Below are positions 1 to 13,812 of a stretch of 64,000 nucleotides of DNA, one piece after another (positions within the stretch are counted from its first letter, which is position 1; every line of letters starts with the position of its first letter). The translations under genes were made by a program, and so were the position numbers. The stretch comes from Phoronis australis. Taxonomy: Eukaryota > Animalia > Phoronida. The notes below the pieces were generated by a model. It saw only the letters and a list, made by a program, of their open reading frames with translations, searched no databases and was not told the DNA's origin. The stretch spans positions 1,028,737 to 1,092,736 of the forward strand of contig NMRA01000017.1 of assembly GCA_002633005.1 (NCBI GenBank). Direction: 5' to 3'.

Positions 1-1550
1 AGAGGATTTCAAATTTGCAACTTTCGTAAAAATTGACCCACGTGTTGTGGAAAAATAGGCCCGAGAATCTTGTCACTATCCTGAAATCACGAGCCGAGAA
101 AAACGGCTTTGAAGTTAAGCGGTCATCGATTGCCACTTGAGATCAAATTTCGTTCAGAATGCGTGGTCATTATGTTCCAATTTTTGTTGAAGTACTAGAA
201 ATAAAGCTGATATTTACTTCATATTTAGAAAGTGTGACATACCTGTTTGTTTACAGCGTAATTTTAATCATTTTTTCGAAGTTGTGAAGCACGACAGAGG
301 ACCAAAACAAATATGGCAGTCACGTGGGCGGAGCTTAGCGTTAATCTATTGTCTGCTGTACTGGTGTGCCGACCACACATTAAAACCATGTGTTGATTGT
401 TTATACGATTCATCTGAACTCTCCACTCAGTTAGTAAAAGACTCTCTAACACAGACCTATTTGTTAGTATTCCAATATTATCATCAACCAATATACGTGT
501 TATATCAAATCGCCGCGTTTCTGCCTACATAACAATATTGGTGACGAGGATAAAGAACTACTTTCATAGTAATGGTTCAACATTTTTACGTGCCTGTACC
601 GAATGGACTTTGGGATAAGAAAATATCACTTTCTGCGTAAATAGCGTCGCTTGGGTGAGATTCTCAAGTTACTTAAGTTTCTTATATTGCTTTCCTCTAA
701 AATCGTAAAATATCATGAGTTTTAATTCAGGGTTACGTTTGAATCTATGCACTAGAAAATTTTTGTTATGTTGAACACTGGGTCATTTCTAATTCTTTGG
801 GTTACGGCCAGTGGCAAGTTAAAAAATCCTCTGGGTTTGACAGCCTAGTTTCTCCACGGCGCGTTCCCAGCACAGAAGCACGGTTTATCTGCGAAGACTC
901 TACTCTGACGGCATGTAGTTGTCCATATGTGTCGCGCGCGCGGCATGTCTTCACAGCGCGTGCATGCACTCTCACCGAATCGTGCAACACCACTCACGTC
1001 GACACTCAGCGTCCTTTCGCAAGACACCTGACCCTGTATTACCGACTTCTCTTATACATGCACAATTTCTGCACGGACTCCTCAAGCTGAGAGCAGTGAT
1101 GGCTTCGGTAGGGCTTGGCGTACTCAACTTAATTTTTTTGCAGATAGACAAACAGGCTCAGGCTCGGAACAGGAGCTAGTTCACCATTTCACTACCAACT
1201 TTCACATGGTCAAAAATAGAATTATTTTATTCTTGGTCTTGCTACAACTCCAATATCAGCTGGTACAGCACTCTCGATTGCCCAGTTACGCAATGCTTGT
1301 TGACAGGGTTAGATTAGAGCTTGTGTCCTTGTATATAAGCTCCGCCCCAGTTGTCAATCACTGAGCTGGTGAGCACTCAAGCCATATGACTTACTGAGGC
1401 TTGGTCAAATATAGCTAAAAAAACAACTTTGGATTTTCAGAATAATTTTATTTTTCTTCAGTATACTGTGCACCAAGAATTAAAGATTAGGATGACATGA
1501 AAATGTAAAAAACAGTCAAAATTTATTTTTTTGTGTATCCACCTACCTTA
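1..1550. mobile_element. Possible right part of a TTAA-type (Kolobok-like) non-autonomous DNA transposon
   Basis: CpG-rich block unlike the flanking intron sequence, ending in CCACCTACC-TTAA (1539-1551). The left end is not in the window, so the TIR cannot be confirmed. Confidence 0.3.
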
Positions 1551-4500
1551 ATAGGAGAGCACTTGACAAATTTTTCCACACATATTAGAATTTGATGATT
1601 ATACCTTGGTTATTGTCAATTTATGCTGCTATAAACCATGAGGAGCTTGGTCTGAAACAGTTAACAATGACTAAGTCTTCCCAGGCTTAGAAATCATTTC
1701 TAAACCATGCGAGTTAGAAACAAGGTGACACTGGTAAGTAGCCAAAATCAAAAGTTGGGTTTTGTAGAATGCTTATTTTATGTCTATAATGCGGTACAAA
1801 ATTTTATACTTCAACATTTTATTACATCAACTAGACATCAATGAACTTGCAAGTATGGTAAAGTCTCAGCAAGAATAGTTACCAAGATTGTCATTTTTGA
1901 TTTTTTAAAGTCTTCTAGCATTGTTGTCATTGTCTGCAATTTTTCAAAAATATTGTCTTGGGGTAGCCATGGTACAAACGTTGAACATGTAAAAATATTT
2001 CTTTATTGGCACATATCTTTCTTGGACAATATTAAAAAATAAAATTTCACTTAGTTTTAACTTAGTGAGCGTTTTCTGTACTAGTTTAGCTACATTCAAA
2101 TGTTGTTTGCCAAACTTCAGTTTTAGAATTGTTCCCGATTCTGCATCATGTTTATAAAGATTGTTTCGGCCATTTGCTGGCAAAGGTCAGTAACCTTATT
2201 CTATTTTTATCTAATCTGGAGCGGACACCAACCTACTCTCTGTAGCAATCCTAATGTATTTTCCAAATCTTGTTATCTTGAGGTTTAAATCTTAAGTCAG
2301 TTGTGACTCTGATGACAGTTTATTTTTATGTTATTGTCATGGGTTGATCATTGTCATGGGTTGATTGTTGGCTTATTCTGTTTATCTCTGTTGAGTGAGT
2401 GTTCTCAACCACCAACCAACTGGTTATTGTACCTGGGAAGCATTCCATAGATGTGAGAATCTCACAAAAATCCCAGATGATGCAAGATTTCACGAGATAT
2501 TGCCATGTGTTTGCAAGCAGAGCACGTGAACACGCTAGCTTTAGTGGCAGGATTCTTGTGTTTGTGGAATGCAACGCTGGTTTATGGTTATGTAGAAACC
2601 TGGTGGTAGAAAAAATGGCCAAATTCAGAGCATCATGTCTTAGAAATGGCTGATCTAGTTCGCATAAAATTTTCAGAAACTATGTTTTATGCACTGTTCT
2701 CAAAAGCTTAGGAAGTGGTTTTAAAATGTCCCTCTATTGTATTAGGGGGCATTCAAAAATAGGGCTTTTATGGTCGTCATTGAAAAAAAAGTTGCTATCG
2801 AACAAAAGCAGAATGATAATTTCGGAAATTGTAACGTTTTTGAGATTTCATGCTGAACATTTGTTAAATGAAGTTATCTTAAATCAGCCGTGTCTATGCC
2901 GTGCTGGTTGTAATGTCTCACTTAACACAATCACTTTTATGCTGTGATATATGTGCAGATTAGATTATTTTGGGTAACTAATTCTGCAACCAACATTGAT
3001 TATTATGTCAGTCACTTGAGATATTCTGTGCTTAGTTAACAGTATAACAACATGATTATGTGTAAGATAAGTCTTGGCAAACTTCTATTTTTGTGTTCTT
3101 TTAAGATTAAGTAATGGAAGGTGCTCGTCATCACAGTCACGTTCAAGTGCATGATGTCCTAGTTGCCGTTCAAGCAAATAGTCATTGGTTTCCATGGTTA
3201 TTGTTTCAGATCCTGTAATTAAAAGGTTTGCCTTACTTTCAAATGCATCTGACGTATGGTTTCTACATAGAAATGAGATGTAAATTAGCCTTCAATTTTC
3301 TTCATTTCTACAATAAATTTTGTAATGGCACTCAAGTTTACAGTTGTCCAGAGACATGACAGTCCAATACTCAGCATGGCAGTGAGGAGCATTGAAGTGT
3401 AATGCTTGGAAATGAATACAAGAATCAATAGTAGTTAGTTGTGCTCAAGGTGATAGGAAGCTGTGTTCTGTAGTTCAATTGATTTATTTATAGCCAAATT
3501 CTCCTGTATTTTATGTCTGTTTATTCACACAGAATCTTGTTAGTACTTTATTATGTTAGATGATGATTGTTAAGTGATAGTCCGGTTAAAGGAAAACTCT
3601 GGGTTTTATCCACATTTGAATGTTATAAGGTAGCAATAAACCCAATTGGTTTATATCACGTAGACCTTTCTTTTGATGTAGCAATAGTACTGCACAGAGT
3701 GTGGCCTTATCGAACAGTGTACTTGAAGAGATGTTGACATCATGGATGTTTCTTTGCTACATTACGTGATTAGAATAATTGACTTTTGATTCCTTTTGGA
3801 GCAGACAAAACGCATGTAGGTACACGTTGTTTCAGTTGCCACATGACGAGTTCAAACTGCTGTAAGTGTGGCATGGAAGACAAGACTCATCATCTAGTAG
3901 AAATTTGTCGTACCTATCAAAGGCGACTGCAGCCTTCTATTTGGTGGAAACGTGACCTGTCTTAGAAATCACTAGATCATACAGGTTTAGTTTTTCCAAA
4001 TCCCTAAGAAAAATGTGCAGATTGGAAGACTTCATCTGTGAGGAACCTCATGTTGGGGATACTGATGAGTCATAATCGGGTGATCAGTGTTTAGAATAGG
4101 TCACTGCTATGCAACAGGAGGCACCACTTGTGTGACCAGCTGGGAGGTGATTTGTGTTTTTATGTTTAGCACTGTGTATGAATGAAAGTAAAGTTCCCAA
4201 GTTTAACTTTGACTGATACACATGAATTTTTATGGAAGAAAATGTGCCAGTTTTTAACTTCAACGGAGAGCACTGATGGTAAAGAGCAAGTTTGTATGCA
4301 ACAGTGTATGAAAATAGACAGGTGGGGTGATTGCTTTTGCAGTACTCCAGATGCAGTTAGGACACACAACAGTAATTAGGAGACAAAATAATTTTGACTG
4401 TGAATCCGAGTTTATAAAGGTGATTCCATGGTATTTTTCGATTTTGCAGACAGAATTTGTACCATGAAAGCATAATTTCATGTTATGATTTAGATATTGA

Positions 4501-5089
4501 ATATTCCTGAAATATAAAAGTGATCTGTGTTCAAATTGACCACAATACCATTTACTAAATGTTTATCAAATGCAGTTGGTTTGACCCCATCTCTGAGAGT
4601 TGATATCACCCTAGCACATATTGGGTGAATGTTAACCTGTTTTATATGATGATACGATTTAGATATTGAACTCTTGAGCTTTGTCCAGTCACTGAACTAA
4701 TACAAGTTACACCTGTGATGACTTGTGCTAGTTTAACTGACCCTCTGTACATAGCTTTGGTGTTTTTTTATGCTTTACCTCTGAGAATTCATGTCAGCCA
4801 TGATAAGGATTTGTCTGTGACAGTTTGGTTTACTCATTAGTGTAATTTACTAGTTCTTGTGCCATATGATTTGCCCATGCCTATTCTATTATTAGACTAT
4901 GGGGCTCATGAGAGTTTTTACCCTACATGATGTGATGTACTAGTTTGTGTCATGGCCTTTGGTGAGGGTTTAACAGGTTATCCTCAGCAACTTTCTTCCA
5001 ACAATGATTTGACGAGTGGTTATTCAAGTTTTTCTTCACTAATACTATTTATTCCACTGATAAGTACTCATTCCATCAGGGAACTCCGA

Positions 5090-5880
5090 AGATATGAATA
5101 TGTGGGCGCATATCTTTGGAGTTCCTTGATCAATTTTCATGAAATTCGGCACATATGTTTTTAATAAAAAGGTGATGATGTCATTCCATTTTCAGATGGA
5201 TTCAACGGATTTTGCGCCACCTTGTGGCCATTTTTGTTATTTTTTTTGTCCATTTTCTGGTGTTCGCCTCTCTATCTTCCATACGGATGGGTTCGACTAC
5301 TGTGGTGATTTTGTTTTTTTTTGTGTCTGCAGCTGAATCTTCTTGAAACTTTGAAAGAAATTTATGAAATTTGAAACATGTGTTTGTATGAAGCCAACAA
5401 CAAAGCGTAACAAGTGTCGAACTGACCCAAATACCACTGTGAAACTTAGTGGCAAAACGTTTTTTTTACATTTGCCTCTGTATCTTCGGAATTCATTAAT
5501 TAAATGTATTTTCATGAAGTTTGGCAAATGGGTTTCTATTAAGCAGATGACAATGGCTTCCCATTTTCGGACAGACTTGATGTTTTCTGTGCCACCTGGT
5601 GGCCATTTAAAAATGTTTGTGTATGTTTTTGACGTCTGCCTCTCAATCTGCCAAACCACTCAAAGGATCATTAGGGAAATCGATTGTTGTGTTCCTAATG
5701 CGCAGACCCCGGCTGACATTGATTTTCGAATGGTTTCAACTATGCTGGCGTCTCCTAGGGGTAATTTTGCTTTTCGCGTTTTCAACAGTACTTCCTTAGC
5801 CCTTTGAAGTATTTTTGAAAAATTTGGCAGATGGTCTCCTATAGAGATGACAACGGATGACAATGAGTTTCAGACCAAAA
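5090..5880 (+). mobile_element. Degenerate internal tandem array of the same or a related HINE family, in a CNNM intron
   Basis: Recurring TTTCATGAAATTTGGC and GCGCCACCTGGTGGCCATTT motifs (5214, ~5441, 5589, 5747), reverse-complementary to the units at 31020-31600; TATGTGGGCGCAT at ~5099. Confidence 0.7.
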
Positions 5881-7151
5881 AATGGAATTGGTATGCAATC
5901 TGAAATATTATTTTGTATATTTAAGTAGCATATTTGTCCATATGTTTTGAGATGTACTAGGCTCATTTTCTTTAAGATCAAATCTATTTTTGTGGAATAA
6001 CAAACCGACTTAAATGATTAGAATTTTGTTTATTGTAGTATAGTGTTAATTACTACTGTTAGTTTCAGTTTCTTTGAAAGAAGGACAGTGTATCAGGAAT
6101 CTGTATATTGTCTGTACTAGCCTGGCACTGTCTGCAGCGGCCCTCATGTCTTTTGTCCCAACCATTTTGCAGAGTTTCAGTCCAGTTTGTCAGATCACCC
6201 TTGGTGATCGCCATTTGTCACTTTGCTATACTTTTTAATTTTAATTGATTTTGAAATTTGTTGACATTTTCATGCTTTTATTACTGAGATAAGCAGAAAC
6301 AAGCTCTCGGCTTGTATTTAGGCTACTAGGACCCCAGCATTAAGTTTATTCACTCTTGGTGGTCCATCTGCTGTTTACTGGAATGCTGCTTACTGATAAA
6401 TTAACAGTTTAAATTTGGTTTTAGGGTTTATAGAAGAAAACTTGGTCTTAGAGTTGTGTCCGTAAAAAATTGATCTTCGTGTTGTATCTGTTTGTTAAAC
6501 ATACATCTCGCTTGCACTTCTTTGCCTTCGGATGGGGTTCGTGGGGGTTACTCACAGCATATATAGACTCCCAATAAAAACATTGTTTTTTTAGTTGTTA
6601 GAACGACCATGACCCGTGAGTCATGGTTGGCGGGTGACCTGCATTTGACTTGGTTGCAGCACGTCCATGCAAGTTAGTTTATGAAAGTACTCGTTGTGTC
6701 GCATCTTAGTTTTATTTTGTCTTGAATAATGCTCATTGCATTCAGCTTCTAACACATGGTTAATGCAGAGCAGCTGATCAAAGTTGATGTCAATGACCTA
6801 AACAGAAATATTGGCGGTATGGGACATGTTGTGAAAACACAAATTCCAACTGGATTTATGTGTTTGGTTATATAGAAATGCTTTCGGCTGCTTAGAAGTT
6901 AATGCCCTATCACTGCGTATCATACTGAGGCAGCACACAAAATTACTCAATGTAAAGTACCTCCCATAATCAAATGCAAAAAGGACAAAATACTAACATG
7001 ACCCAAAGGTCCTTCAAATTGACCCTTATATTTGAGGACTTGTGTGTCAGTTGACTTGGTGATGTTTCTCTAACATGATCCCTGGGTATGGTCTTGTAAA
7101 CGATACCTTCGTGCGATACTGTGCTGTCTTCATTGTGGTTGGCTATTTCAG

Positions 7152-10007
7152 TGGATAACAGAACTAAGCAGATGAGGCAGGTGAAACAGCTGGACTTTTC
7201 AGCTTTCAGTCAGCAGACGGACAGCAATAGGTCCAAGATATCCCCACAGATGGCTCTGGCACTGTTCCAATACCTATCCACCAGTAAGTGTCAACAGTGC
7301 TTGGATTGATTTCTCATCTGAGAAAAACAAACAAGCTCTTCCATCTAATATGAGATCAGTTTTTTGCCTGAATCAATTTCTTTTTGCAAAAGGCAGGTTT
7401 ACAGTAGCTTTAAATGAAATTTTATCGCAAGTTGTGTTTTGTAAAGAAATTCTACAAAAAATTGCTGATCCCCACTGTCATGTTCTTAATACGTGAAATT
7501 TTGCCGTTTTCTTAATAGTGTTTTGTACTTATATTTTATGACAATACTCTTTTCTTCTTAAGCCGTTGATGCATTCAAGGATGAGTATCTTACTGAGACC
7601 GTTCTTCGACGTCTGATTAAGTTACCAGAGGTCATTCATAACGTAAAGTATAAGGCAGACAAACTTCAGGAAAACCTGATCTATCAACATGGTCGTCAGG
7701 CTGACTTCTTCATACTGATTCTACAGGTAATCAACAATGAGTGCACCATTTGTGGGTCTGGTGTTGTAGAAGGATTTTTGGCAAGTCTTCACTTATTTGG
7801 TACACGTTATGGCGTACGACTGAAATTTTATTTTTTTCAAATTACTCGACAAAAGTCAAAATTAATAAAATTGTTGTGTATTATTAGCTTGGATTAAACT
7901 GTCTGTATGCCATAAAACACATATGGTAAAGTTCCGTTTTTGCAGTAAAGTAATCAGTAGAAATTGTACCATTTTGACAATTATGTTTGTGTGAAAAAAG
8001 TGATTACAGTATTCATCGTAGTCGCATTTAATGTTGTGTTTTACTTGAACTTTTTTGTTACTGACAGTACCTGCCTGAATATCAGTTGCAATTTTTCCTT
8101 TGTAGTCCTGGGGCATTTATTAAAGTGGCATTTTGACGTGTTTAGCTCTCTTTTAAAACATATGTCAAGTTCTTAAGAGCCAAATCAACAGCTGATCTGC
8201 AGTTCACTCACCGGAAATGCTCATTTTTTAGTCACTTAACTGACCTATTTTTGAATGGAATTCCCTGGGAACCATTTTTGAACTTCGGTGTTGACCTACT
8301 CAGTGCATTAAAATCTGTGATTTCCCGACATCTTTATTGAACTGTTGAATGTTTTACATTCATCTTGGTAACAGAAAACATGTCCTATCATGGTGCTCGG
8401 CAAAGTTGTGATCAGACAATGTAAAATGTCTTATTCGATTTTTGTTTTTAGCTGAACTGGTTGAAATGGAGCATAAAACATTTTATCTGATTACAGGCTC
8501 CTATGCCCGTGATTCACCAACTTAATTCAACAATTGACCAATCGCATTGCATAAAATTTAAAAGTTTTCCACAATTTGTCAATTTCGGAGTTGTGTATGT
8601 ACGGTAAAGTTTTGTGACCTGTTGTCTTCTGGTGTCGTGGTAGTTTTATTTTCTGTGTAGCATACACTGATCCATCATAGATTGATGTTCACTCTGATAT
8701 TTTCCATTGACAGGGAAAAGCCCAGGTTGAGGTGGGAAAGGAGAAACTGTTGTTTGAAGCAGGACCGTTCCACTACTTTGGCATGCAGGCCTTGATGGGT
8801 AGGTGTTCCATTCACTGTCGTGCATTAGTTTGCTGTGTGTATAGAAACAACTAAGTCAACCAGATAACGGGGATTCATTGGTCTGTGGAGAGTGTGCGAG
8901 CCAGTATCTCAGTGTGCGAGCCAGTATCTCAGTGTGCGAGCCAGTATCTCAGTGTGCGAGCCAGTATCTCAGTGTGCGAGCCAGTATCTCAGTGTGCGAG
9001 CCAGTATAGACTGTCTGTGAGAAAAATTTAAAATATTGCAGTGACATAGAAATTGTTTGTTTTTTTAATTTTACCACCTTTGTTCCGTTCTGAAAACTAT
9101 TCCGTTTAGACATACGCTACTTTTTGAGTTTGATTGGTGTGAACATGTTTGTTTTTGTGCAATGTATTTTCTCAATAAATTACAATTACTACAGTTGATA
9201 ATGGTGTAAGGTATGCTTTTCAATAGGTTTCATCGTTCTGTACTTATGTCTTGGTTACTGGAGTGTGTTCCGCTGATGCAAAAATTGTGTGAGTTAAGCT
9301 AGAGTGATCACATGCTTTGCTTGTAATGAATGGCAGTATCACACAGTTTCTTGGGTGTATGGAATGCATACCTGGTTCACTTTTCATGTCGATGCTATCA
9401 GTCATGTCCCATCGTGTGTGTTTCAGCCTTCCCCAAGCAGATGTCCGTGAGCAGCATGACCAGTGTGAATCAAGATTTCTACCGGGGGTCCGTTGTGTAC
9501 ACTCCTGACTTCACCCTCCGTGCCACCGAGGATCTTCAGTATATGATGATACGGCGTGCGCAGTACATTGCCGCACGCCGTGCCTCGCTGATGGAACGAA
9601 CACCGAGGACGCCCGATACCAACTTCACGGAAGACCCATTCATGAAGGAGTGGAAGAAAGCCAGTACGAACATCCAGCTGCTGACTGACTCATCCAATGA
9701 GTGTGTAGCCGATTACGGAACATTTCATAATGACAGTGGCTTGACGATGAAGGCAGACGGTAAAGTCGAAAATAAAGGAATGAAATCAAATGTTGAATTA
9801 CCTGGTGTTAGGACTTCAAGTGGCAGTGCAGTGGCACAGATGTCAAATAGTACTGACGTGGTAGATATTCCAGATGTTACTTTAGCAATAAGTCCAATGA
9901 ATAATGTCAATTCAAAGGAAAACGAAGCAACAGAAGAGGGAAAAGAAAGTGACCACTTAGTTCAGATAGCAGACGACACTTCAGTGTCTACAAAAAATAT
10001 CTGCTAG
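7152..10007 (+). CDS. CNNM2: CNNM-family (cyclin M/ACDP) metal transporter, 3' part only. Exons: 7152-7283, 7563-7726, 8714-8798, 9427-10007 (TAG). Upstream DUF21/CBS exons not found in the window.
   Basis: Four AG/GT-bounded exons join in phase: DNRTKQMR...ISPQMALALFQYLST-TVDAFKDEYLTETVLRRLIK...IYQHGRQADFFILILQ-GKAQVEVGKEKLLFEAGPFHYFGMQAL-...YTPDFTLRATEDLQYMMIRRAQY. This matches the post-CBS linker and cyclic-nucleotide-binding-homology (CNBH) domain of CNNM proteins. The paralog number is only the nearest vertebrate label. Confidence 0.9.
8891..9007 (+). repeat. Perfect 20-bp minisatellite (AGTGTGCGAGCCAGTATCTC) x~5.8
   Basis: Directly visible identical tandem copies in a CNNM intron. Confidence 0.97.
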
Positions 10008-10562
10008 TGTTGGGAAGTTGTGCAGAAGGACATGATTGCTTCTTTGACTCCGACCATTGATGAAAATTGTGCGTGCGCGACTTTGGAGAAGGGAAGGTTG
10101 CAGTGTCACATTCAGATTCAGTTGATCTGCAGAAACACCCTTTATTTTGTGTTGTCTTCAATACCTTTGCAACTAACTTGTCCATTGTTTTCTGTGCAGA
10201 TGAATTTTTTGATCTATCCATAAACAGATCAATTGATGTTCATTTGTTTAGTGATGAAGAACCAATCTAGGGGCCATACCTAAATATTCTAACAATTTGT
10301 AGCAGACCGGGACACAATATTTGATGTCAGGCTGTACTATAGTACTGCCATTTAATTTATAGAGCCAGAGAATGTTTCAGTTCTTGAAGTGACAACAGCA
10401 CTGGGCCTCAATCCTGACGGTTAATTCTTCGCTTATTTAGCATAAAATATGGCCAACAATGGAATTTTATTTTGTCAACTTTCTCCCCAAAAAGAAATGT
10501 AAAGAAATATTTTGTCTTATTGGTTTGTACTGTGTAGATGGCATGAAATAGAATTTGGTAAA

Positions 10563-12662
10563 CAGGCCCGTAGCCAGAATTGCGCGGGGGGTGGTTCGAA
10601 TTTCTAGAAAGGTGGGCCTTTTTCGAACGTCGACACTCGAGTTTTCGGTAAGGCGCTTGAAGCTTGATTATGGGGTAAGAAAATCTGCATCCACGGTAAT
10701 GATGGCTCTCAGCTCCATGTCTTCCTGAGATAAGACGGAATTTGTAATACCAGAAATGAGGATGTCGCGACGGTTGCTCGCAAAAATGGGACTCATATTC
10801 GGACGTAATGTAATCCATAAATATAAGCCTAACGTTCTCGCGTTACCTTCTGCCAAACTTTCAAATCGGGCTTTTTTAAATGAGTGATTACACCTCATTA
10901 CATACTAGGACGGTAATATTTAGTGGGAGAATGACTTGACGTAACTTTTCATCTGATTGTATTTTTGTTACAAGTTGCTTACATTGCTGGAAATGAGAAC
11001 ACCCCACTATTCTGAAGGTTTACTACTTTGAAGGTTTACCACTCCGAAGGTTCACTACTCCGAAAATGTCTAAAATTTCTGACTCAGGTGTAACTGTTAT
11101 ACTTTTACATGCAAAAATAAGCGACACTTCGGTTATTAGATGCAACTATACCGACAGCAATACACCCGTCGAATAAATCACTTTGTTTGGATTTCATGTG
11201 CATGTAAAATTGTCTGCATGTCTTACGAATATGGAAAAACGAGTACGTAGTTGCATTTCTAAAAATATGAAGCAGGAATGTTGATGAATTATCAACCATG
11301 ATACATTCATCAATCCCATGTCAAGATCGCATCATCTCACAGCGCGACAAAATAGTTTGGGGCCGCTGCGGTTCAACCTCACCCACCAGAACTATTCGTA
11401 CGGACGAATCGAAAGTAAATGTAGCTAGTAGGTTACCCTGTCCCTGGTAGTCTTCACAAAGTCTCATTCAGTCTTCTTAAATTTAAAACCACCGTTGGTC
11501 GCCGCATCCCGGACCCATGCCCCAGATGTTGTCCCTAATTGAGAATAAGTCTTTAGTTAGATTCAAGAATCACGATTGCCAGTGATTGGAACAGCTCTTT
11601 TGTAAACAATGTAAATCAACATTTTGAGACTATTCAACTCTTGCACACCCTTTAAATGATTACTAAATAGACACAAATACGACACTTTATTCATGTCAGT
11701 TCTGAATCATTAGTAGAAAATCAGAGTAATGAACTGTCGGAGTTCTGGTTTCGGAATATTGTGGACATTCAAAGTAGTGAACTTTCGAAAGTAGTGAACC
11801 TTCGGAGTAGTGAACCTTCGGATGTGTAATCTTGGAAATCTTTTCCATCAAGATTGGTCCTCGTATGACTAATCAGCGAGGATGTGCACCATTGATATTG
11901 ATTTACAAGAGAAGACTTTCGTCATTGACCAAGGTTTTAATTAGGTCTAGACTCGCCTAATAATGTGAACGTTTGGGGATTTCTCAGCGAAAAAAACGTG
12001 GTAGCTTAATGTCTGAGTTTTGAGAAACGACAGAGTAGTCAGTGATCTTACTGTCGACGTGTACTGAATTTAAAAGAACGGAAACGCTCACACGTGTACA
12101 CGCATGCATGCATGTCAATCCACAATCAAAGTGATCACTTGATGAACAAGATATTTGACGATCACTTTCAGTTCGAAATTTGAAAATGCCTGAACTTTAT
12201 CTATACTAGCTAGAAAATACACCAAAGTAGCAAATAACAAACCCATTTTCTGCTGTTTTGTTTCTTGGTCGATTTTAAGGCATTCACACCGCACTACTTT
12301 TGGGGAGCTCTCTCAATGCTATATAGTTTGGTCTGGGCATAGACATTTACTTCTAAACTCCGTGTTACCCTATTGTCTAGCGACCACGTGGTTTCAATGC
12401 CGATAAATTAAACCTTCTCTGATCGTCATCTACACAGTCACCACTCGGGCCGGATACGACCCGATGATTATGTGAAGCACTTAACATCGGAAGCAAATTC
12501 AACATTAATATTAACTTGCTTATGATTATGGTAAGTAGAACTAGTAGCTACAACAATTTTGTTGTCCATCTAAATCTATCTATCAGATAGGCTAGGGCTA
12601 GACCTTTTCCTCGGAGGGAGGTTCGATCAACCCCCCACCGAATCCCCCTGGCTACGGGTCTG
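10563..12662. mobile_element. Non-autonomous TIR DNA transposon (CAG-terminated, hAT-like) with a nested insertion
   Basis: TIRs CAGGCCCGTAGCCAG (10563) and CTGGCTACGGGTCTG (ending 12662), 14/15 match, with GC-rich subterminal GGTTCGA motifs. No clean TSD and no transposase ORF. Confidence 0.7.
11000..11825. mobile_element. Nested TIR element with ~16-17-bp subterminal tandem repeats
   Basis: Left (GAAGGTTCACTACTCC)-like x3-4 at 11004-11063; right inverted copies (GGAGTAGTGAACCTTC)-like x3+ at 11770-11822. Confidence 0.7.
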
Positions 12663-13530
12663 ATAAAGTTTCCAATATTCATGGCAAATATGTTAGTGTG
12701 AAATAAAAGGAGAGTTACTGTTGGATTTTGCTATTTGTTCTTGGTGCAGTCAAATCTCGTTACAACTTACATCAACGGACCTTCGAAATCTAAACTTTAT
12801 GAGTATAGTTCACTGTAACTAGGGAAGATTTTTAGGTATAGTCCTAAACGCATATGGCCCCAATGTGATATAGGCTCTCATTGTGTTATACACTGTGTAT
12901 CCATTCCTGAAATAGGCTTTGGCTTGGTGGCTTCATTTGAACTTACTGTCTGTATAATTAGCACTTTACTGAGCTTCATTGTTTTTTGCACGCTTACCCT
13001 GCTAATTTTATATTTCATTTTTTGCAAAAGCCTCTGAGACAGCATGAAAAATTCCATCAGCAGAATTCCACATAAAACTGCAAGCTTTGAATCAGATATG
13101 TCACCAGTCACCACGGAATTTTAATCTTGGAGATATAAGCAAGAATTATTAGCCTTCGTACTTGTGACATGACCAACAGATGGCGTGTTTGAAGACTGGC
13201 CTATAAAACAGGGCCAATGGTCATCAGGGACGGGAAGTTTTGAATATTATGTCGATGTACATGTTCTAAAGTTGTTTGTTGTAAGCAGTTGTGACCAAAA
13301 TACATTGTGCAAAATTCGGACTTTGAAGTTAAACATTCTAAGCAAGACACTTTGTAACGAGGTTTGACTGTATTCCCGAGTCTGGCCAATGACATATTTT
13401 TCAACCATTCACTTTTTTCTGTTGTCTGTGAGTGAATGAATGTTTAGTCAACCTATCCCTGTTTGTGCGCTCACATTTTTTGATTTTTTTGTGCCAATGA
13501 TTCTCTGATTACATACTTTATCGAATTAGA

Positions 13531-13812
13531 CCAGGGGTCTTTCATGAAAAGCGACTATAAGATTTAAAAGTCAGAAATTTGGTCTTATGCTCCTATTTCT
13601 GAAAAAAATAATTAAATCTCACTTGAATTGAGGAAAAATGTAACCTCTCTGAGAATATACACATAAGTCCTAGTTACTGAGATAATATAATTTATTTCTA
13701 GACTGTGATGCCTCATAATTACTTGGATAAAGCTTTTCAGCAATTATAAGGTAGGGCATAAAGCTAAATTTCTGTCTTAAGTTTGACGTCAGTTTTCACA
13801 AAACCCATCCTG
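13531..13812. mobile_element. MITE remnant (PIF/Harbinger-like ends)
   Basis: Imperfect inverted ends GGGGTCTTTCATGAAAA...AGAAATTTGGTCTTATGCTCCTA versus TAGGGCATAAAGCTAAATTTCT...TTTTCACAAAACCC. Related to 24344-24668. Confidence 0.5.

Noticed and set aside
5297-5863. ORFs of 120-147 aa
   Set aside because: They lie in a decayed tandem-repeat element and show no recognisable protein motifs.
8891-9007. CRISPR-like direct repeats
   Set aside because: No spacers; a plain minisatellite.
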